A DNA stretch of 64,000 nucleotides from Candidatus Aminicenantales bacterium (GCA_050015275.1 JBEKBS010000009.1:719-64718), one strand, 5' to 3'; counted from the first letter of the stretch, positions 1 through 10,720 are shown. The notes: generated by a model not told the origin, from the letters alone. Translations and numbers: made by a program.

Positions 1-540
1 AACTATCCCGTGGGCTACGCCTCTTGGGCTTCGTTCGCCAACTTCACCAGCCCCAACTCGTTCGTCAACACCTATGGCCAGCTGCCCTACAGCCGGCCCA
101 TCCTGATCAAGCTTTACGGCACGTTCAACCTGCCTTACAAGTTGATGTTCTCGTTCAACTACATGCATGCCGACGGCACCCCCTGGGGACGGACGGTCAA
201 TGTCCAGCCCCCGGCGGACTGGGCGGCGGCCAATAACGTCTCGTCGACGCCTTACAGTATCTACGTAGAACCGCCCGGCACCCGGCGGACCGAGGCCACG
301 GACAGCCTCGACTTCAGACTCGAGAAGGACTTCAGGCTGGGCCCCGGCAAGCTCGCCGCGTTCGTCGACGCTTTCAACGTTCTCGGCGCTTACACGTTGA
401 CCGTCGCCGATAACCCCGGCGGGACATGGAGGCCGGACGACAACAACTCGACGACCGGCAGCTACACCCCCGGCTCGACAGGCCTGCGTGGATTTGTCGG
501 ATCCCGCATGTTCAAGTTCTCTCTGCTCTACAGGTTCTAA
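1..540 (+). CDS. C-terminal fragment of an outer-membrane beta-barrel protein, probably a TonB-dependent receptor; the gene enters from upstream of the window
   Basis: The ORF runs in from the window edge. The C-terminus ...FKFSLLYRF ends in Phe with alternating aromatic/hydrophobic residues, which is the OM beta-barrel signature. A GC-rich imperfect hairpin follows the stop. Confidence 0.45.
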   Translation, partial: NYPVGYASWASFANFTSPNSFVNTYGQLPYSRPILIKLYGTFNLPYKLMFSFNYMHADGTPWGRTVNVQPPADWAAANNVSSTPYSIYVEPPGTRRTEATDSLDFRLEKDFRLGPGKLAAFVDAFNVLGAYTLTVADNPGGTWRPDDNNSTTGSYTPGSTGLRGFVGSRMFKFSLLYRF

Positions 541-618
541 ACACGGCATTCTGATCGGGACAAGGGGGAGGGGCCATGCGGCCCTTTCCCCTCCGGTCCC
601 TCTAGGAGGGGGAAGGGC

Positions 619-870
619 ATGTCCAGGGAAACCCTATCGTCCCGTGAGAGCTGTCAGGCCGTTTTCAAACGGGAAAAGCCCGATAGGGTCCTCATGGACT
701 TCTGGGGGACAGACGAGGCTGTCGCCAGCCTCATGAAACAGACGGGGCACGCGAGTCAGCGGGCGGCCCTCGAGAAACTGCATGTCGACTTTGTCGTCAA
801 GCTCGAGCCGCGCTATGCTGGGTTTGCACTCGCACCGGGTCTCCACACGTTAGGCCGCGACGAGGGCTAG
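619..870 (+). pseudogene. 83-aa ORF resembling only the N-terminus of a URO-D / MtaA-family (uroporphyrinogen decarboxylase-like) protein; probable truncated remnant
   Basis: A strong SD (AGGAGGGGG) lies 7 nt upstream of ATG 619. Residues SRESCQAVFKREKPDRVLMDFWGT fit the URO-D family N-terminal pattern (R-E-x3-A-x4-E-x-PDRVP-x-D-x-GGT). Full-length members are about 340 aa, but this ORF stops at 83 aa. Confidence 0.3.
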
Positions 871-1033
871 ATCCTGGCGCCCTGCCATAATATCCAGGCC
901 CTGACCCCACCAAAGAACATCAAGGCGATGTAGGGTACGGGGTGCGAGAATAGATGGATATAAACACGGCGGCGCGCGAATGAGCTGTAACAACGGCAAT
1001 CTGCCGGCGCAGAGTGTTTGATACGGAAATGGA

Positions 1034-3676
1034 ATGAAACGAACAACTTTTCGAATCCTCCTGCCGGGGCTTGCATCGTTAGCTGCCTGGGCCGCGGTTG
1101 TGTCGGCACCCGCGTCGAACGACACCGTTCGGTCCGCTATTGCCGTCCAGGCGCCGGGTTCAATGGCCCAGAGCTCAGAGGACGCCGAGTGGGGCTATCT
1201 TAAACTCTGGTACCGGCGTCCGGCCGCGGTCTGGAATGAAGCGCTTCCGGTCGGAAATGGGCGCCTCGGGGCTATGATCTACGGCGGCGTCAACGAAGAG
1301 TGCGTTCAGCTTAACGAATCCACCGTTTGGACCGGCGGCCCCTATGACCCCTCGAACCCGGAGGCCCTGAAGGCCTTGCCGGAGGTTCGGCGGCTCGTTT
1401 TCGCCGGGAAATTCCGTGAGGCGCAGGAACTCTTCGGCCGGAAAATGATGGCCCGTCCGCCCAACCAGCAGAAATATCAGCCTCTGGCGGACCTCCAGAT
1501 TAGTTACGCCGGACTGGGGCGTCCGACCGACCAAAACAAGCAACTCACGGGCTATAGGCGGGAACTCGACTTGGACACGGCCGTCGCCGCCGTACGCTAC
1601 ACAATTGGCGGCGTGACTTACACACGTGAAGTCTTTGCGAGCCCAGCCGACGAGGTCATTGTAGTGCGTTTCGCGGCCTCCAAGCCCGGCAACTTGTCCT
1701 TCAGCGTTCGCTTGACGGGACGGACGAACGGGCTCACCATGGACGATACGTACGCTCGGATCACGGAGCTCGACGGCAGATCCGTGGAATCTCCGGGCGA
1801 CGAACATTGGGAGAGCAACGGTCTCGGTTCGGACTGCCTCCGGTTGCGGGGAAGGACGGCCACATACCTCGGGATCAAGGGCCGCGTCGAGTACGAGGCC
1901 ATGGCCAAGGTCATCCCCGAAGGCGGCCGTGTCCAACTCGACGGCGATGTAGCGACCGTTAGCTGCGCCGATGCCGCAACCATCCTGGTCACGGCGGCCA
2001 CGAACTTCCTGAGTTTTAAGGACCTTGGTGGCGACCCGGCCCCCCTGGCCGAAAGCAGTCTCGCGGCCGCCGTCACGAAGTCCTATGAAAAACTCAGGGA
2101 AGATCATGTCGCCGGACACCGGCGGCTCTTCCGCCGGGCCGCACTGGTCCTGCCGCGCACTGATGCGTCGGGCCTTCCCACCGACGAGCGCCTGCGGCGG
2201 TTCCAGGCCCGGGGCGATGACCCGGCGTTGGCCGCGCTCTATTTTCAATTCGGCCGCTATCTTCTCATTTCGAGCTCTCGCCCGGGCGGGGTTCCGGCCA
2301 ACCTCCAGGGTCTCTGGAATGATACGATGAATCCGGCCTGGGGCAGCAAATACACGACCAACATCAACCTCGAGATGAACTACTGGCCCGCCGAAGTCGC
2401 GAACCTCGATGAGTGTTTCGAGCCGTTCGTCCGGCTCGTCGAAGGCCTGGCCGAAACGGGGGCGAAAATCGCGAAAACGCATTACGGCGCCCGCGGTTGG
2501 ATGCTCCACCACAACACCGACATCTGGTTGGCCGCCGCTCCGGTCAACGGTCCGTACGTGGGGACCTGGCCGGCGGGCGGGGCTTGGCTATGCAACGAGC
2601 TCTGGGACCGCTATCTCTTCACTGGGGCGGCGGATTACCTGCGCCGGATTTACCCGCTTCTCAAGGGAGCGGCCGAGTTCTTTCTCGATACGCTCGTTGA
2701 GGAGCCACGCCACAAGTGGCTCGTGACCTGCCCCTCGAGCTCCCCCGAAAACTGGCCCCATTATCCCGGCAACGTGAGCTTCACCGACGAGGTGCGCAAA
2801 GTCAAGGTCTTCGCCACGATTGCCGCGGGTCCGGCCCTGGACATGGAGCTATTGCGGGACCTATTCAGCGCCTATGCCGACGCTTCTCGCACGCTCGGCC
2901 TGGACGCAGCGTTCCGGAGCGCCGTCCTTCGTGCCCGGGATCGCCTGGCCCCTCTTCAGATTGGCCGCTACGGCCAGCTTCAGGAGTGGCTCGACGACTG
3001 GGACGATCCCAAGGACACGAACCGGCACCTTTCCCATCTCTATGCTCTCTACCCCGGTCGTGCGATCGGACTCGACGCGACAGCCCGGCTCGCGGCCGCG
3101 GCCCGGATGTCCTTAACCATGCGCGGCGAGGGAGGCATGGGTTGGTCGATTGCCTGGAAGACGGCCCTGTGGGCCAGGCTGCGCGATGCGGAGAAGGCGT
3201 ACGCCTCGTTGCGTAGTCTCCTTCAACCGCAGGATATGTCCGAAGGCGATCCGAGAAAGGGCGGCACGCTTCCGAACCTTATGGACATCGGTCCGCCCTT
3301 CCAGATTGACGGGAACTTCGGCGGGACGGCTGGAATCGCGGAGATGCTGCTCCAATCTCAGAACGACACGATTGACTTTCTTCCCGCGCTTCCCGCGGCT
3401 TGGCCCGATGGTGTTCTTCGCGGCTTCGCCGCCCGCGGTGGCTTCGAAGTGGACATCGCTTGGAAAGCCGGCCGCTTGACGTCCGGGTCGATTCAGTCGC
3501 GGCTGGGCAAGCCATGCCGCCTCAGAGTCCGATGGCCGGTGCAAGTGACCCTCAGTGACGGCATGCCCGTAAAGACGGTTGAAAGCGGGGAGGACATGTT
3601 GACCTTTCCGACGGAACGGGGCGAGACCTATCATGTCGCTCCCGCTGGCGCCGGCGAACCGGAAGCTCTAAAATAA
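1034..3676 (+). CDS. Glycoside hydrolase family 95 alpha-L-fucosidase (secreted)
   Basis: N-terminal signal peptide. GH95 hallmark motifs are present: [19 protein letters not shown]...[20 protein letters not shown]...[15 protein letters not shown] and [16 protein letters not shown]. The product is 880 aa. Confidence 0.9.
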   Translation: MKRTTFRILLPGLASLAAWAAVVSAPASNDTVRSAIAVQAPGSMAQSSEDAEWGYLKLWYRRPAAVWNEALPVGNGRLGAMIYGGVNEECVQLNESTVWTGGPYDPSNPEALKALPEVRRLVFAGKFREAQELFGRKMMARPPNQQKYQPLADLQISYAGLGRPTDQNKQLTGYRRELDLDTAVAAVRYTIGGVTYTREVFASPADEVIVVRFAASKPGNLSFSVRLTGRTNGLTMDDTYARITELDGRSVESPGDEHWESNGLGSDCLRLRGRTATYLGIKGRVEYEAMAKVIPEGGRVQLDGDVATVSCADAATILVTAATNFLSFKDLGGDPAPLAESSLAAAVTKSYEKLREDHVAGHRRLFRRAALVLPRTDASGLPTDERLRRFQARGDDPALAALYFQFGRYLLISSSRPGGVPANLQGLWNDTMNPAWGSKYTTNINLEMNYWPAEVANLDECFEPFVRLVEGLAETGAKIAKTHYGARGWMLHHNTDIWLAAAPVNGPYVGTWPAGGAWLCNELWDRYLFTGAADYLRRIYPLLKGAAEFFLDTLVEEPRHKWLVTCPSSSPENWPHYPGNVSFTDEVRKVKVFATIAAGPALDMELLRDLFSAYADASRTLGLDAAFRSAVLRARDRLAPLQIGRYGQLQEWLDDWDDPKDTNRHLSHLYALYPGRAIGLDATARLAAAARMSLTMRGEGGMGWSIAWKTALWARLRDAEKAYASLRSLLQPQDMSEGDPRKGGTLPNLMDIGPPFQIDGNFGGTAGIAEMLLQSQNDTIDFLPALPAAWPDGVLRGFAARGGFEVDIAWKAGRLTSGSIQSRLGKPCRLRVRWPVQVTLSDGMPVKTVESGEDMLTFPTERGETYHVAPAGAGEPEALK

Positions 3677-3688
3677 AGGAGATCGAAG

Positions 3689-4705
3689 ATGAGACAGGCC
3701 GTGATGACCTCTCCCGGCGAGATTGAGTTCAGGGACGTGCCCGTTCCCAAGCCCGGCCCCGACGAAGTCCTCATCCGCATCAAGACGATCGGGGTCTGCG
3801 GATCCGACGTTCACGTCCGGCACGGACGTCACCCGTTCACCTCTTACCCTGTCGTCCAGGGCCACGAATTCTCGGGCGTCGTCGAGTCCGTCGGAAAACG
3901 AGTCCGTAACATCCGGCCTGGGCTGAAAGTCACGGCCACTCCCCAGATCGTTTGCGGCCGCTGCGGCCCCTGCCGGCGCGGGGATTACCATATCTGCGAC
4001 GTCCTCAAGGTCCAGGGCTTTCAGGCCCCCGGCTGCGCCCAGGACTTCTTTGTCACCGAGGCGGCGAAGATCATCCCCCTCCCCGCGTCGTTCAGCTTCG
4101 AACAGGGGGCTCTCGTCGAGCCGGTGGCGGTCGGGGTCCACGCGGTCGCCCGGGCCGGAAGGATCGGCGGGACGAACGTCGTCGTCCTCGGCGCCGGCCC
4201 CATCGGCAATCTCCTCGGGCAAGTGGCCCGGGCCGCGGGCGCGAACGTTCTGATCAACGACATCAGCGATTTCCGCCTCGAGATCGCCCGGCGGTCCGGG
4301 CTCCGGTCGGTATCCAATGCGAAGGCGGAGAGTCTCGAGGAGGCCGTGGTGCGCGTCTTCGGCCGTAAGGGCTTTGACACGGCCTTTGAATGCGCCGGCG
4401 CCGAGGCCGCCATCAATCTGGCCATTGGAGCCATCCGGAAAGGCGGGACGATCGTCGCCGTCGGAGTCTACGGCGAACGACCGCGGGTCAATATGGGATT
4501 TCTCCAGGACCGGGAGCTCGTCCTGAAGGGGACTCTGATGTACCAGAGGAGGGATTTCATCAAGGCGGTCAGGCTGATCACGGACCGGCGCGTCATCACG
4601 AAGCCCCTGGAGACCGTTCATTTCCCCTTCGAAAGCTATCGGAGCGCCTATGACTTCATCGACCAGGAAGGGGACAGATCCATGAAGGTCTTTATCGACC
4701 TTTGA
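3689..4705 (+). CDS. Zn-dependent medium-chain alcohol/polyol dehydrogenase (MDR family; sorbitol or L-idonate dehydrogenase-like)
   Basis: Motifs GVCGSDVH, GHEFSGVV and CGRCGPCRRGDYHICD give catalytic and structural Zn sites. A GxGxxG Rossmann motif (VVLGAGPIGN) is present. The gene starts 13 bp after the GH95 stop. Confidence 0.85.
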   Translation: MRQAVMTSPGEIEFRDVPVPKPGPDEVLIRIKTIGVCGSDVHVRHGRHPFTSYPVVQGHEFSGVVESVGKRVRNIRPGLKVTATPQIVCGRCGPCRRGDYHICDVLKVQGFQAPGCAQDFFVTEAAKIIPLPASFSFEQGALVEPVAVGVHAVARAGRIGGTNVVVLGAGPIGNLLGQVARAAGANVLINDISDFRLEIARRSGLRSVSNAKAESLEEAVVRVFGRKGFDTAFECAGAEAAINLAIGAIRKGGTIVAVGVYGERPRVNMGFLQDRELVLKGTLMYQRRDFIKAVRLITDRRVITKPLETVHFPFESYRSAYDFIDQEGDRSMKVFIDL

Positions 4706-4745
4706 ACGGGCGCTCGGGACGTGCCGCGGAGAGAGCCAAGATTAT

Positions 4746-5930
4746 ATGCGTCCGGAGGATAGAGAACACATGAAACCATTCCACTACCACCAACCAACGG
4801 AAATTCGGTTCGGCCGGGGCCGCGTGGCCGATATCGGGCCAGCCGTGGCCCGCGTCGGAAGCCGCTGTCTCCTCGTGACGGTCCCGGAGACCCCCGAGTT
4901 CGGGGGACTTTTCGGAAGGGTCAGACGTTTGCTGACCGAGGCCAAGATCCCCTTCGCCCATTTCGACGGCGTCATCCCCAATCCCACCTGCGACGTCGTG
5001 TCGGCGGGTGCCAGAATGGCGAGGGATTTCAAGGCCGACATCGTCCTTGGCGTCGGCGGCGGCTCGAGCATGGACACGGCCAAGGCGATCGCCGTCGAAG
5101 CCACCCACCCGGGCAGGGCCTGGGATTACCTGTTCTTCCGGGAAAGCCAGCCGACCGGCAAAACCCTGCCGATTGTCGCTGTCACGACTACCTCAGGAAC
5201 CGGATCCCATGTCACTCAGGTGGCCGTCATCACGAATCCGGAGGAAAAAAACAAATCCGCGCTGTTTCATCCGCTGCTCTACCCCCGGACGAGCATTGTC
5301 GATCCCGAGCTGATGCGTTCCGTGCCAGGCCGGGTGACGGCCACGACCGGGTTCGACGTATTTGCCCACGCCTTTGAGAGTTTTATCAACCCGAACGGAT
5401 CTCCTTATACGGACCTGATGGCTCTGGAGGCCCTGGCAATCGTCGCCAGACACCTCCCCTCCGCCGTCAAGGACGGAACGGACCTTGAGGCCAGAGAACA
5501 AATGGCGTGGGCCGATACGCTGGCCGGCCTCTGCATCGCCAACTCCGGTGTGACCCTCCCTCACGGCATCGGCATGGCTATCGGCGGACTCTATCCCCAT
5601 GTCGCTCACGGCGAAGCCCTGGCCGTGGTCTACCCGGCGATCCTGCGCTACAGTTTCCGGGCCGCCCCCGCTAAATTCGCCGCCGTGGGCCGGATCCTCG
5701 ATAAAAGAATTGCCGCCGAGACAGGGCTGAAGGCCGCCGAGAAATCGTGTGCCGCGATCGAGCGCTTCATGAAGAAGATCGGGATGGATCTCAGGCTCCG
5801 CGATCTCCACGTGCCCGAAGATGAGCTGGCCGCGCTCGCGATCCAATCTCTCGTGCTCCCGGACTACCGGAACCATCCCAAGGTCGCGACCCTTGATGAG
5901 GTCGCGCGGATCCTCGGCGAAAGCCATTGA
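4746..5930 (+). CDS. Iron-containing (group III) alcohol dehydrogenase, lactaldehyde reductase / 1,2-propanediol oxidoreductase-like
   Basis: The Fe-ADH fold shows a GGGSSMDTAKAIA motif and His-rich metal-site segments (HAFESF..., HGIGMAIGG). It is co-directional with the GH95 gene, consistent with L-lactaldehyde handling in fucose or rhamnose catabolism (inference). Confidence 0.8.
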   Translation: MRPEDREHMKPFHYHQPTEIRFGRGRVADIGPAVARVGSRCLLVTVPETPEFGGLFGRVRRLLTEAKIPFAHFDGVIPNPTCDVVSAGARMARDFKADIVLGVGGGSSMDTAKAIAVEATHPGRAWDYLFFRESQPTGKTLPIVAVTTTSGTGSHVTQVAVITNPEEKNKSALFHPLLYPRTSIVDPELMRSVPGRVTATTGFDVFAHAFESFINPNGSPYTDLMALEALAIVARHLPSAVKDGTDLEAREQMAWADTLAGLCIANSGVTLPHGIGMAIGGLYPHVAHGEALAVVYPAILRYSFRAAPAKFAAVGRILDKRIAAETGLKAAEKSCAAIERFMKKIGMDLRLRDLHVPEDELAALAIQSLVLPDYRNHPKVATLDEVARILGESH

Positions 5931-5938
5931 AGAAACAG

Positions 5939-8059
5939 ATGGCGCATCATGGGGGAGGAACCGTGAGCCAACGTCTGCTTTGGTCCCTTGTTGCGCTCTT
6001 CACCATTCTCTCGGGAGCGGTCGCTGAACTCCGGTCACCGGCCGCTCGAAAGGACCCGGTGGCCTTGTGGACGTTCGACGAAGGATCGGCGACCCGGAGG
6101 GCGCTCGATGCGGCGAGCGGCGTCCAGGATGCGATCGAGGGGCATTTCAAGCTTGTCACAGGGATCTCGGGAACCGGCCTTAGGTTCGACGGCTACACCA
6201 CCCGCGTCATCCGGAAAGGAAACCGGGCTCCGCGCCTGGGCGAGGCGTTCACGATGGAGGCCTGGGTCGCCCCGGCGGCGCTGCCGTGGAATTGGTGTCC
6301 CGTCCTGAGCCAGGAGAAGGACGGGCTTGTCGGCTATTCTTTCGGGATCGGGCCCCAAGGCGAACTCGGACTGAGGGTCTCTGTCCGCGGCGAATGGAAG
6401 GAGTGCCTGTCGCGCACCAGGATTCCCACGGGAAAATGGACACATCTCGCGGCCGTTTTCGACGCCCGGAGTGGGATCACATTGTTCCTTGACGGCCGGG
6501 AGGCGGGCTCGCTGGCTTTTCAGGGGATCCCGGCCTATGCCGGCGGCGCGGACCTCCTGATCGGGATGAACCCCGAAAAGAGAAAGCCGTCGCACATCGT
6601 CGGGTCGGGCGTCGGAACGGTCGAAGGCTGGTATGCGTTCGACGGGATCATGGATGAGATCAGGATCTTCGATCGAGCGCTTTCCGCCGAAGAGCTGAAG
6701 CAAACCTATGAGTCTGTGCGGCCGGCCTCAGCCCCCGACCTCGCCGTCCCCCGGCTGCCTTCCGGCCCTCAAGGGCCGGGGCGTTTCGGGGCTTATTATA
6801 CGAAGCTCCGGTACGACGACGGCTGGGATGCCCTGTGGCCCGTCGGTCCGGCCGCGGACATCGTCGTCGAGTTCGACGATTCGCCGGTCCGCGTCGTTTT
6901 CTGGCGGGGGACGCGCTACGGCCCGGCCTGGGTCATGGAGAACGGACAGTGGCTGGCCGACCAGAGCGTCGAAACATGGGACGACACCGAGGGCTGCTAC
7001 GAGCACATGGAAGACCCTCGCTGCCTCTATTCCCAAGTCCGGATCCTGGAATCGAGCGAGGCCCGGGCCGTGGTCCATTGGCGCTATGCCCCCGTGAGCT
7101 CGCGCAACCATTTCTGGCGGGTCGACGAGAAATCCGGCTGGGGATTATGGATGGACGAATATTACTATTTTTATCCCGACCTGACGGCCGTCCGCAAAGT
7201 GGTTTGGCCCGCAGAATTCCTGGGCCGGGAATCACCGTCCGAAATCCAGGAAACCATCCCCCTGTGCCAGCCCGGTCAAAGCTCCGAGGACGTCCTGAAC
7301 CGGGACGCCCTGACGCTTCTCAACCTGAAAGGGGAGAGCCAGGTGTACTCCTGGCCCGGAGAGATCAATGATCCTGACCACCGCCGGAAGCTCCAGCCCG
7401 AGAATCCGAATATCCAGGTCGTGAACCTGAAGTCGAAGGCCAAGCCCTTCATCCTCTTCGAACCGGGCTGCCAGATGAATGTTTATGTCGGGAGGGTCAG
7501 GGCCGGCGTCTCGAATTTCCCCGCGTACAACCACTTTCCGGTCTCTCTCCTGCCTTCGGACGGCCGGTACGCGGTGGCGGCCGACCGCGTGACGAGTTTT
7601 TCCATCTCCTACACCGATCCTCCGAGGCACGCCGGGCCCGAAGAGACCACTTGGGCGAGTTGGGTCTATGGCGTCACGGAGGGCCCGTACAGAGGCCTGG
7701 CGGCGCTCGGAAGGTCCTGGGCCCTAGCGCCGGCCTTGTCCGTTCAGGGTCCCGGCCTTCGTTCCGAAGGCTATGACCTCTCGCAGCGAGCCTATGTGCT
7801 TGCCTGCCCCCACCCAGGGAGGCCGGAGGCCGTGGTCTGCGAGCTCCAGGCTGCCCCGGAAAGGCCGGCGGTGAATATCGTGCTTTATCTCCGGGGCTGG
7901 GGCGACGGAGGCGCCGCGGTGACGGTGGATGGACAGCCCGTCGAGCGCGGCCCGGCCCTCAAGCTTGGATATGTGCGAACGATCGACGGGACCGATCTTG
8001 TGGTCTGGATCAAGAAGGAGTCGGTCCGGCCGGTCCGCATCGGCTTGGGGCCCCGATGA
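5939..8059 (+). CDS. Secreted uncharacterized protein with an N-terminal concanavalin A-like/LamG (Laminin_G_3) domain and a large C-terminal domain of unknown function
   Basis: A signal peptide follows MAHHGGGTVSQRLLWSLVALFTILSGAVA. The LamG-like block (about aa 40-260) has conserved Trp/Gly pattern ...WTFDEG...GLRFDGY...EAWV...KWTHLAAVFD...LFLDG. The remaining 450 aa have no family I can name. A TTG 12 nt upstream overlaps the Fe-ADH stop. Confidence 0.65.
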   Translation: MAHHGGGTVSQRLLWSLVALFTILSGAVAELRSPAARKDPVALWTFDEGSATRRALDAASGVQDAIEGHFKLVTGISGTGLRFDGYTTRVIRKGNRAPRLGEAFTMEAWVAPAALPWNWCPVLSQEKDGLVGYSFGIGPQGELGLRVSVRGEWKECLSRTRIPTGKWTHLAAVFDARSGITLFLDGREAGSLAFQGIPAYAGGADLLIGMNPEKRKPSHIVGSGVGTVEGWYAFDGIMDEIRIFDRALSAEELKQTYESVRPASAPDLAVPRLPSGPQGPGRFGAYYTKLRYDDGWDALWPVGPAADIVVEFDDSPVRVVFWRGTRYGPAWVMENGQWLADQSVETWDDTEGCYEHMEDPRCLYSQVRILESSEARAVVHWRYAPVSSRNHFWRVDEKSGWGLWMDEYYYFYPDLTAVRKVVWPAEFLGRESPSEIQETIPLCQPGQSSEDVLNRDALTLLNLKGESQVYSWPGEINDPDHRRKLQPENPNIQVVNLKSKAKPFILFEPGCQMNVYVGRVRAGVSNFPAYNHFPVSLLPSDGRYAVAADRVTSFSISYTDPPRHAGPEETTWASWVYGVTEGPYRGLAALGRSWALAPALSVQGPGLRSEGYDLSQRAYVLACPHPGRPEAVVCELQAAPERPAVNIVLYLRGWGDGGAAVTVDGQPVERGPALKLGYVRTIDGTDLVVWIKKESVRPVRIGLGPR

Positions 8060-8165
8060 GCGGATCTGAGTCATGCTATAATGAAAAATCCTTAAGCCTT
8101 CGGCCTGTCTCCGTCGCGCGGGTCCAGCGGCACCCGCGGTGGGCGGCGGATCGGGAGGAATCGCG

Positions 8166-9182
8166 ATGAAAAAGACGGTCCTTATCCTCGCCGTCGTCGT
8201 TTTGGCGGCCGTGGTCGTCGTCGTTAAAGTGACACGTACGAACGTGGGGGTCGAGCCCGTCTGCTGGTATGGCATGATGCCCCATCCCTACGTCAGCGAA
8301 GTCCGGAGCGGCGTCGAGCGGTTTGAACGGGAGACCGGCACCCGGGCGGCCAAGGTCGTCGGCCAGCAGTGGACCCAGGACAACGAGAATGTCAACGTCG
8401 AGGCCCTGTCCACCAAGGGATACAAGGCCTTCAGCGTCTATCCCGGGGACCCCGCCGGCGCCAATGCCCTTTTCGCCCAATTGAAAAGCCGCGGCCAGCT
8501 CGTGGTGGCCTATGGGGCGGAACCGGACCTGCCCACGCCCGTTCCCTTCACCGTGGCCACGGATATCAAGGCGGCGGCCATGACGGCCGCGGAGAAGCTC
8601 ATCGGACTCATGGACGGCCGGGGCCGGATTCTCAATGTCCTCGAGATGGTCACGGACATCAACACCAAGAAGCGCGACGAGGGCATCCGAGAGGTCGTGG
8701 CCCGGCATCCCGGCGTGGAAATCGTCCAGACGATTTCGGACATGACCCAGGTCAGCGAAGCCGTCACCAAGCTCCAGAGCGCCCTCGCGGCCCGGATGGA
8801 CGAGATCGACGGCATCATCACCACGGGCTACAACCCGACCATCGCCGCCGCGTCCGTTTTGACCGAATGGCACCGCGACCCCCGGCACAAGCGGATCCGC
8901 TTCATCGGGATCGACACCGGCCCGACCGTGCTCCAGGCGATCCGCGACGGCTTCATCGACGCCACGATCGCCCAGAACCCGCCCGGACACGGTTACCTTT
9001 CGGCCCGATTGCTCGGGCTGATGCTCGACGGGTGGACGCCCAAAGCCCCCTACCAGTTCATCAACGCGGGAATCGTCATCGTCACGAAGGACAATATCGA
9101 CACGTACGCCACCGAGGTCCGGAAGATCACCGACGGGATCGCCGCAGAGCTCCGGACGAAGTATCTCCAACCGCCGAAATAG
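8166..9182 (+). CDS. Sugar ABC transporter periplasmic substrate-binding protein (PBP type I, RbsB/LacI-like fold)
   Basis: MKKTVLILAVVVLAAVVVV gives a signal/anchor. The two-lobed PBP1 pattern resembles ribose/xylose-binding proteins. It is the first gene of an SBP-ATPase-permease operon. Confidence 0.85.
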   Translation: MKKTVLILAVVVLAAVVVVVKVTRTNVGVEPVCWYGMMPHPYVSEVRSGVERFERETGTRAAKVVGQQWTQDNENVNVEALSTKGYKAFSVYPGDPAGANALFAQLKSRGQLVVAYGAEPDLPTPVPFTVATDIKAAAMTAAEKLIGLMDGRGRILNVLEMVTDINTKKRDEGIREVVARHPGVEIVQTISDMTQVSEAVTKLQSALAARMDEIDGIITTGYNPTIAAASVLTEWHRDPRHKRIRFIGIDTGPTVLQAIRDGFIDATIAQNPPGHGYLSARLLGLMLDGWTPKAPYQFINAGIVIVTKDNIDTYATEVRKITDGIAAELRTKYLQPPK

Positions 9183-9197
9183 GAGCGCCGCCGATCC

Positions 9198-10706
9198 ATG
9201 CTCGAACTCAGGGGCATCCGCAAGCGCTTCCCGGGCGTCCAGGCGCTCGACGGCGTCAGCCTGCGGTTCGAGCCCAGAGAGATCCACGCCGTCGTCGGGG
9301 AGAACGGTGCCGGGAAGAGCACCCTCATCAAGGTCGTCACCGGCATCGAGCAGCCCGACGAGGGCGAAGTTCTTTATGACGGGGAGCGCCTCTGCTTTCG
9401 CGACTACCGCGACAGCCTGGCCCGCGGCATCGACGTCGTCAGCCAGGAGATCCAGATCATCCCCGAAAGCACCGTCGCCGAGAACATCATGCTCGACAAG
9501 CTCGTGACGGTCGGCCGGACAGGGATCATCGATTGGAAGGCCGTCGAAAGCGTCGCCCGGAGATACCTCGACCTGGTCGGGCTGGCCCTCCCCCCGGACG
9601 CCGTGATCAAGAACCTGAGCGCCGCCCACAAGCAGCTCGTTCAGATCGCCAAGGCGCTGGCCGCCGACGCGCGCGTCCTTTTTCTCGACGAGCCGACGAG
9701 CTCGCTGACCGAACACGAGGCGGGCAACCTGTTCCATATCCTCAGGGACCTCCGGGGCCGGGGCGTCACGATCATCTTCGTTTCCCACAAGGTCGAGGAA
9801 GTGTTCGCCTTGTGCGATGCGGTCAGCGTGCTCCGTGACGGCCGCCACGTCGGCACGCGGAGGATCGCCGGCCTCGAACCGGGGGAACTCGTCCGGATGA
9901 TGATCGGACGGGAGATCGTGGAGGCCCATCTGGGCCCGCTCGACGTCAACCGGGACCGCGAGATGCTGCGGGCCGAGAACGTGGTTCGCGAGGGTAAGGT
10001 CGATAATGTCAACTTCACCCTTTACGAAGGAGAGATCCTCGGCTTCTACGGTCTGGTCGGGGCGGGCCGCACCGAATTGGCCCGCGTCCTGATCGGCGAG
10101 GACCGGCTTGACCGCGGCGCAGTCTATGTCCGGGGGGAGAAGGCCTGCATCCAGAGCGTTGCGGACAGCCTGGAGCGCTACCGCATCGGCTACGTCACGG
10201 AGAACCGCAAGGAGGAGGGGCTGCTTCTCCAGTCCCCCGTCACGACCAACGTCACGATCACCGTCTGGCCCCGTCTTCGCAGCCGGCTGACCCGGGCCAT
10301 CAGCCGGGCCGGGGAGTTGGCATTGACGCGACGCATGATCCGGGCCCTGGACATCCGGACGACCGGGCCCTACCAGAAGACCGAGGACCTGAGCGGCGGC
10401 AACCAGCAGAAGATCTGCATTTCGAAGTGGCTGGCCGCCGATTGCGACATCCTGATCATCGACGAGCCGACGGTCGGGGTGGACATCGGGGCCAAGGAGC
10501 AGATCCACCAGCTCATCTGGGACCTGGCGAAGAACGGGCGGAAGGCGGTCATCCTCATCTCCTCGGACATGGCGGAGGTCATCAAGGTCGCCAGCCGGAT
10601 CCTCGTCTTCAGGGACCGCCGTGTCGTCGGCGAGATCACGGGCGTGGACGAGGAGACCAAGACCTACGGGCAGGTCAGTGCGGCCATCGGCCGGTATTTG
10701 CAGTGA
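9198..10706 (+). CDS. Sugar ABC transporter ATP-binding protein with duplicated ABC domains (RbsA/MglA type)
   Basis: Two Walker A sites (GENGAGKST and a second P-loop), two LSGG signature regions, Walker B sites and a D-loop. The product is 502 aa. Confidence 0.9.
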   Translation: MLELRGIRKRFPGVQALDGVSLRFEPREIHAVVGENGAGKSTLIKVVTGIEQPDEGEVLYDGERLCFRDYRDSLARGIDVVSQEIQIIPESTVAENIMLDKLVTVGRTGIIDWKAVESVARRYLDLVGLALPPDAVIKNLSAAHKQLVQIAKALAADARVLFLDEPTSSLTEHEAGNLFHILRDLRGRGVTIIFVSHKVEEVFALCDAVSVLRDGRHVGTRRIAGLEPGELVRMMIGREIVEAHLGPLDVNRDREMLRAENVVREGKVDNVNFTLYEGEILGFYGLVGAGRTELARVLIGEDRLDRGAVYVRGEKACIQSVADSLERYRIGYVTENRKEEGLLLQSPVTTNVTITVWPRLRSRLTRAISRAGELALTRRMIRALDIRTTGPYQKTEDLSGGNQQKICISKWLAADCDILIIDEPTVGVDIGAKEQIHQLIWDLAKNGRKAVILISSDMAEVIKVASRILVFRDRRVVGEITGVDEETKTYGQVSAAIGRYLQ

Positions 10707-10720
10707 GGAAGGACACGATC

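Noticed and set aside
1175-2512. 445-aa minus-strand ORF inside GH95
   Set aside because: It is antisense to a high-confidence GH95 gene and has no recognisable domain.
8076-10508. 810-aa minus-strand ORF
   Set aside because: It lies antisense to the clearly real SBP and ATPase genes. It has Asp/Gly/Arg-rich low-complexity translation, no SD and no motifs. It is a typical high-GC antisense artefact.
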